This document shows positions 55,318-59,519 of a stretch of DNA of 59,519 nucleotides, one piece after another. The stretch comes from Verrucomicrobiota bacterium (lineage in GTDB: Bacteria > Verrucomicrobiota > Verrucomicrobiia > Opitutales > Opitutaceae). The stretch spans positions 1 through 59,519 of the forward strand of contig JANYFP010000072.1 in NCBI GenBank assembly GCA_025362555.1. The letters run 5' to 3'. The notes beneath the pieces are model-generated. The model had not been told where the DNA came from. It did no database searches and was given only the letters and a program-made list of their open reading frames with translations. Numbering within the stretch: position 1 is the first letter of the stretch; every line of letters begins with the position of its first letter. The translations under genes were made by a program, and so were the position numbers.

Positions 55318-55385
55318 CCACCTGTCGGTTGGGTTCGCGGCAGCAGTTTCGTTTCGTCAGCGAGTTTGAGTTGCCCCAGCAAAAC

Positions 55386-56324
55386 TCAAAGCGCTGATTT
55401 GCCGCGTTTGAGGATCGGTTTTTCTCGCGGAGCCATTTTTTGCATCAGCGCGATGAAGTTGGCCGTGAGTTGCGAAGTCTGGCCGTCGCGCCACAACGCG
55501 TGTAATTCCAAAAACAGATCGGCTCCGCTGTCCTTGAGTGGTTTGAAAACGAGATCGGCGCTCCGCGAGAGACTCCCGATTTCCGCGATGAGCGACACGC
55601 CCATGCCGCTTTCGAGCGTGGCGCGAAATGCCTCCGCACCCTCGATTTGCCGGATCGGTCCGGGCTTCAAACCGCGCGCCGCAAATCCCTGCCGCATAAT
55701 TTCTCCGTGCACGGAACCACTGCCCTTTTTCGGGGTGAGACACAGCAATGGCTCGTTTACCAAATCAGCCAAGGCCACTCGCGACACGCGCGCCAAACGA
55801 TGTTCGCGGCCCACCACTGCGCGAATCGGCGAGCGCGCCACTTCAACGTGTTTCAAATCCGGCGGGATCGGCGTGCTCCCTTTGATGGCAAACCCGATTT
55901 GGATCGCTCCGGATTCCAGTGCGGCAATCTGGTCGCCGAGCGGCAGCTCGCGCAAGGTCACTTCCACATCGGGGAAAGAGTCGTGAAAAGCCTTCAAGCT
56001 CGCCGGCATGAAGCCCATCAACAGTGGCGCATAATACGCAATCGTCAGTCGTCCGCGCCGGCCCTTCGCCGCTTCCCGCGCCACCGTAATCGCCTGCTGC
56101 GCGTGTGCTAAAATAAGGCGCGCTTCCTCGAGAAACGCCGCGCCCGCATCATTGAGTCGCACGCCTCCGGTATCGCGATCCAGCAAGGTCACGCCCAATT
56201 CATATTCCAAATCCTTGATCTGGCTGCTGAGTGAAGGCTGCGCGACACGCAGCCGCTCGGACGCCTTGCGGTAATTCAGCGCTTCGGCGACCGCCACGAA
56301 ATAGCGAAGATGTCTCAGCTCCAT
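55386..56324 (-). CDS. LysR-family transcriptional regulator (AlsR/HcaR/CatR-like)
   Basis: MELRHLRYFVAVAE..AQPSLSSQIKDLE HTH; divergent from the efflux genes. Confidence 0.95.
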   Translation of the reverse strand: MELRHLRYFVAVAEALNYRKASERLRVAQPSLSSQIKDLEYELGVTLLDRDTGGVRLNDAGAAFLEEARLILAHAQQAITVAREAAKGRRGRLTIAYYAPLLMGFMPASLKAFHDSFPDVEVTLRELPLGDQIAALESGAIQIGFAIKGSTPIPPDLKHVEVARSPIRAVVGREHRLARVSRVALADLVNEPLLCLTPKKGSGSVHGEIMRQGFAARGLKPGPIRQIEGAEAFRATLESGMGVSLIAEIGSLSRSADLVFKPLKDSGADLFLELHALWRDGQTSQLTANFIALMQKMAPREKPILKRGKSAL

Positions 56325-56336
56325 GCGCGTTCACTG

Positions 56337-56351
56337 ATAGGAAAAAACGAT
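56337..56351. promoter_or_regulatory. Probable LysR recognition box (T-N11-A)
   Basis: ATAG-N7-CGAT immediately upstream of the lysR start, resembling the ATAC-N7-GTAT class. Confidence 0.45.
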
Positions 56352-56467
56352 TAGTGTGGGAAGAACAAAGTCATTCCGAGCTGCGCTGGGCGGTGGTATT
56401 CTTTGCGCAGCCCGGCCGGACTTTCGCCCGGGCAAAATTAGAAACCGACTACGCCAATTTCTGCGCC

Positions 56468-57592
56468 ATGACCGCACTCACCGCCACCGCTCCCACCCAT
56501 GCCGAATATACGGCCCGTGCCCCGGCAGTTCCCGTACTCGCGAGAGAATCCGCGCAGCGCCGCCTGCCGTGGGGAAAAATCGCAGCCGGCTCCGCGATCC
56601 TCGCCCTTTTGGTCACAGGGGCCAGTATCTATTTTTATCATGCCGCTGGTTTTGCGACGACGGACGACGCCTTCCTCGACGCCAACGTTCACCCGGTCAG
56701 TTCCCGGTTAAACGGCACGGTTACACGCGTGCTGGTCGCGGACAACGCCCACGTCCAGGCGGGCGATCCGCTCGTGGAAATTGATCCCGCCGATTTAAAC
56801 CTCGCCGTGCAAGGCGCGGAAGCCGACGTCGCTCAGGCGAGCGCGAATGCCATTCAAGTGAATGCCCAAATCGTGCGGGCACACGCGGACGTTGACGCCG
56901 CAACGGCCCGGATCGCACAGAATACGGCGCAGCTCAATCGCGTGCAGCGCGACTTTCACCGCATGGAGACGCTGGTGAGCGACCAGATCGGCGCTATCTC
57001 CCGTCAGGAATTCGACAACGCTCAGGCCCAATTCGATACCGCTCAAGCCACCCAACAATCACTGGTGTCAGAACGTTCCTCCGCCGAGGCCACGCTCGCC
57101 GCCACTGAAGCGCTGCGGGCCGTTTCCCAAGCACAGATTCAAAAGGCGCAAGCTGTACTCGCCGCCGCGAAATTACAAACGGACTACACCCTCATCCGCG
57201 CTCCGAGTGCCGGCCGCATCGCTCGCAAGAACGTTGAAGTCGGTCAACGCCTGCAGCCCGGCCAACCGGTGATGGCGGTGGTCAGCGACCAGATCTGGGT
57301 CGTGGCCAATTTCAAGGAGAGTCAGCTGACTGATTTGCGTGCGGGGCAAAAAGTATCGGTGAAGGTGGACGCGATTGACGGCCGTGTATTTCAGGGGGTG
57401 GTGGAAAGTTTTTCACCCGGTACCGGGGCGAAGTTTTCCCTCCTGCCGCCGGACAATTCGACGGGAAACTTCACGAAGGTTGTCCAACGCGTGCCAGTGA
57501 AAATTCTGTTCACGCCCGATTCACTGGGTGGTGCCGCGCCGCAGTTGGTTCCAGGTTTGTCGGCCTTCGTGAAGGTCAGCATCCGCGAGTAA
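56468..57592 (+). CDS. emrA: EmrA/HlyD-family membrane fusion protein
   Basis: TTDDAF, IRAPSAG, WVVANFKESQL, FSLLPPDNSTGNFTKVVQRVPVKI. Confidence 0.92.
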   Translation: MTALTATAPTHAEYTARAPAVPVLARESAQRRLPWGKIAAGSAILALLVTGASIYFYHAAGFATTDDAFLDANVHPVSSRLNGTVTRVLVADNAHVQAGDPLVEIDPADLNLAVQGAEADVAQASANAIQVNAQIVRAHADVDAATARIAQNTAQLNRVQRDFHRMETLVSDQIGAISRQEFDNAQAQFDTAQATQQSLVSERSSAEATLAATEALRAVSQAQIQKAQAVLAAAKLQTDYTLIRAPSAGRIARKNVEVGQRLQPGQPVMAVVSDQIWVVANFKESQLTDLRAGQKVSVKVDAIDGRVFQGVVESFSPGTGAKFSLLPPDNSTGNFTKVVQRVPVKILFTPDSLGGAAPQLVPGLSAFVKVSIRE

Positions 57593-57628
57593 CTGAGCGC
57601 GCCGGGAAATATTACCAGCGCAACAACC

Positions 57629-59215
57629 ATGATTTTTTCTATCACAGAGCCAACGCCAGCTCTACCGCCGCCCACGAATGCATCGACTCGCGCGTGGATC
57701 GGTACGCTGGGCGGCATGCTCGGTGCCTTCATGGCCGTGTTGGATATTCAGATCACGAATTCTTCGCTTCGCGATATTTCCGGAGCCATCGGTGCGAGCG
57801 TGGATGAAAGCTCTTGGATCTCCATTGCCTACCTCGTTCCTGAAATTATCGTCATTCCTCTGACCGCGTGGATCGCGTCGATTCTTGGATTGCGGCGTTA
57901 TCTGATGATCACGTCGGCGCTCTTTCTTTTGTTCTCGGTGTTGTGTGGTCAGGCGTGGAGCCTGGGCAGCATGATTGTTTTTCGCGCAGGGCAGGGATTT
58001 TTTGGCGGCGCGCTGATTCCCCTCGGGTTCACGGCGGTGCTCCTGATGTTGCCGCCGGCGAAGCACGCGATTGGCTTCGCGTTATTCGGCCTCACCGCGA
58101 TGTTCGCGCCCTCGATTGGTCCGAGCATTGGCGGCTGGCTGACTGATCACTGGGGCTGGCAATGGAATTTTTATCTCAACCTCCTGCTCGGCCCCTTTTT
58201 GCTCGGCGCGATTTGGTACGGGTTTCCGGCGACTGCGCCGCGATGGGAGAAATTGCGCGAAGTCGATGGCTGGGGAATTTTGCTGATGGCGCTCGGGTTG
58301 GGTGCGCTGACGACCTTGCTCGAGGAAGGCACGAGACATGATTGGTTCGGCTCCGATTATATTGTTCGTCTGGCACTGATCGCGGCGGTGGCTCTGCCGC
58401 TTTTTATCGTCTGGCAATTGCGCGCCAAGCGACCGGTCACAGACCTGCGCCTCTTTGCCGACCGCAACTTCGGCTTGGGTGCGATCATCAACGTGGTGTT
58501 GGGCGGCGCGATGTATGGTTCGATTTATTTGCTGCCGCTTTATCTTGGCAGCATCCAAGGCTACGGCGCCTCGGACATCGGCCGCACGCTTATCTGGGGC
58601 GGCATTCCCCAACTCTTCATCATGCCGCTGCTGCCGTGGTTCATGAAACGCGTCGACGCCCGGTGGTTGATTTCCTTCGGTCTGCTTATGTTCGGGGCGA
58701 GCTGCATGCTCAACACGTCGATGTCCGCCGACTTTGCCCATGATCAATTGCGCTGGACGCTCCTCGTGCGCGCGCTGGGTCAACCGTTTATTCTGGTACC
58801 CGTTTCCGCCGTGGCGACCGCCGGGCTCGCGGTGGCGAGGACGGCCGGTGCGTCCGGACTTTTCAACATGACGCGTAATCTCGGTGGTTCCATCGGTATC
58901 GCATTGCTGTCGGCATTGCTCACCGTGCGCGAACGGTTTCACTCGAACCGGCTCGGTGAATCGATCAGCGAATATAATCCGCTGACCCAAGAACGCCTGG
59001 CTGCGCTCACGCAAAAATTCACGCTCGCCGGAAGCGACGCCTACACCGCCGGACGACAGGCCATCGCGGCGCTCGACGCCACCGTGCGACGTGAGGCCAC
59101 CCTGATGGCTTTTAACGACTGTTTCCACGTCCTCGGGCTCGTGCTTTTCGGCGCGGTCATAGCCGCTTTGCTTTGTCGTCCGACTAAAGGCGGCGCCGCA
59201 GCGGGTGCACATTAA
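57629..59215 (+). CDS. emrB: DHA2 (EmrB/QacA) MFS efflux permease
   Basis: FMAVLDIQITN, APSIGPSIGGWLTD, WQWNFYLN, FNMTRNLGGSIG. Confidence 0.93.
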   Translation: MIFSITEPTPALPPPTNASTRAWIGTLGGMLGAFMAVLDIQITNSSLRDISGAIGASVDESSWISIAYLVPEIIVIPLTAWIASILGLRRYLMITSALFLLFSVLCGQAWSLGSMIVFRAGQGFFGGALIPLGFTAVLLMLPPAKHAIGFALFGLTAMFAPSIGPSIGGWLTDHWGWQWNFYLNLLLGPFLLGAIWYGFPATAPRWEKLREVDGWGILLMALGLGALTTLLEEGTRHDWFGSDYIVRLALIAAVALPLFIVWQLRAKRPVTDLRLFADRNFGLGAIINVVLGGAMYGSIYLLPLYLGSIQGYGASDIGRTLIWGGIPQLFIMPLLPWFMKRVDARWLISFGLLMFGASCMLNTSMSADFAHDQLRWTLLVRALGQPFILVPVSAVATAGLAVARTAGASGLFNMTRNLGGSIGIALLSALLTVRERFHSNRLGESISEYNPLTQERLAALTQKFTLAGSDAYTAGRQAIAALDATVRREATLMAFNDCFHVLGLVLFGAVIAALLCRPTKGGAAAGAH

Positions 59216-59412
59216 ATGAAATCTTCCTTTCTCAATTTACCATGATTGCTGTCACTATTGTTTTGGTGGGGCTTGTGCTCGTGACGTCCTGGGATAGCGA
59301 CGAAACGTGATACTTTAGTCGGTGGAAAAAGGATGCTCCCGCCGCGAGCAGACGGCGCAAGGCGACGACCTTGTCGGACTCAAGCGGCATGGAGTGGTTT
59401 GCGCGGACCAGT

Positions 59413-59519
59413 TCATCTTTTGCCGCAACCGATCACGCCGACGAAGACACCTTGAATGGTGAGACTTTCGAGGGGAATGAGGTCGCGGTAACGCTCGTTT
59501 TCCGCGCGGAGGAAAAGTT
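59413..59519 (-). CDS. lexA: 3' end of a LexA/S24 peptidase-family gene (runs off the window)
   Basis: Translated minus-strand end LFLRAENERYRDLIPLESLTIQGVFVGVIGCGKR* matches the LexA C-terminal L-x-A-E-N..I..QG...G pattern. Confidence 0.7.
   Translation of the reverse strand, partial: LFLRAENERYRDLIPLESLTIQGVFVGVIGCGKR

Overview
GC-rich (~60%) bacterial chromosomal window; gene content and style suggest Opitutaceae/Verrucomicrobiota (inference). No rRNA, tRNA, CRISPR array or transposase was seen. The main discovery is a ~31 kb envelope/secreted-protein island (6.9-37.4 kb). It holds a secreted vanadium-dependent haloperoxidase, a duplicated DoxX-like membrane protein, three FG-GAP/ASPIC-UnbV (CRTAC1-like) proteins, two tandem paralogous outer-membrane barrels, a membrane-fused spermidine-synthase-like enzyme, a degenerate FKBP, a Porin_5-type porin, a transglutaminase-like protein lacking its catalytic His, and a LytS/LytTR two-component pair. 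Four promoters in the island, plus one orphan site ahead of a candidate small RNA, share a 12-bp direct repeat (consensus GCARYTCGYCCC) at an exact 21-bp period. This is the architecture of LytTR-family operators and suggests one co-regulated, undescribed halogenation/envelope system. Embedded in the island is a TonB-dependent receptor/YfiR/hybrid histidine kinase signalling module. The right third is mostly housekeeping and RNA-metabolism genes (beta-CASP nuclease, DEAD-box helicase, ybcJ, cvfB, trmO, tapT, trhO, ppk2, LysR-EmrAB). It also contains a 114-nt rod-like hairpin (ncRNA candidate), an unannotated frameshifted pfkA remnant, and the 3' end of a lexA-like gene followed by a possible imuA stub. 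At least five families of GTAG/GTGG-footed REP/REPIN elements, some nested, lie in intergenic regions.
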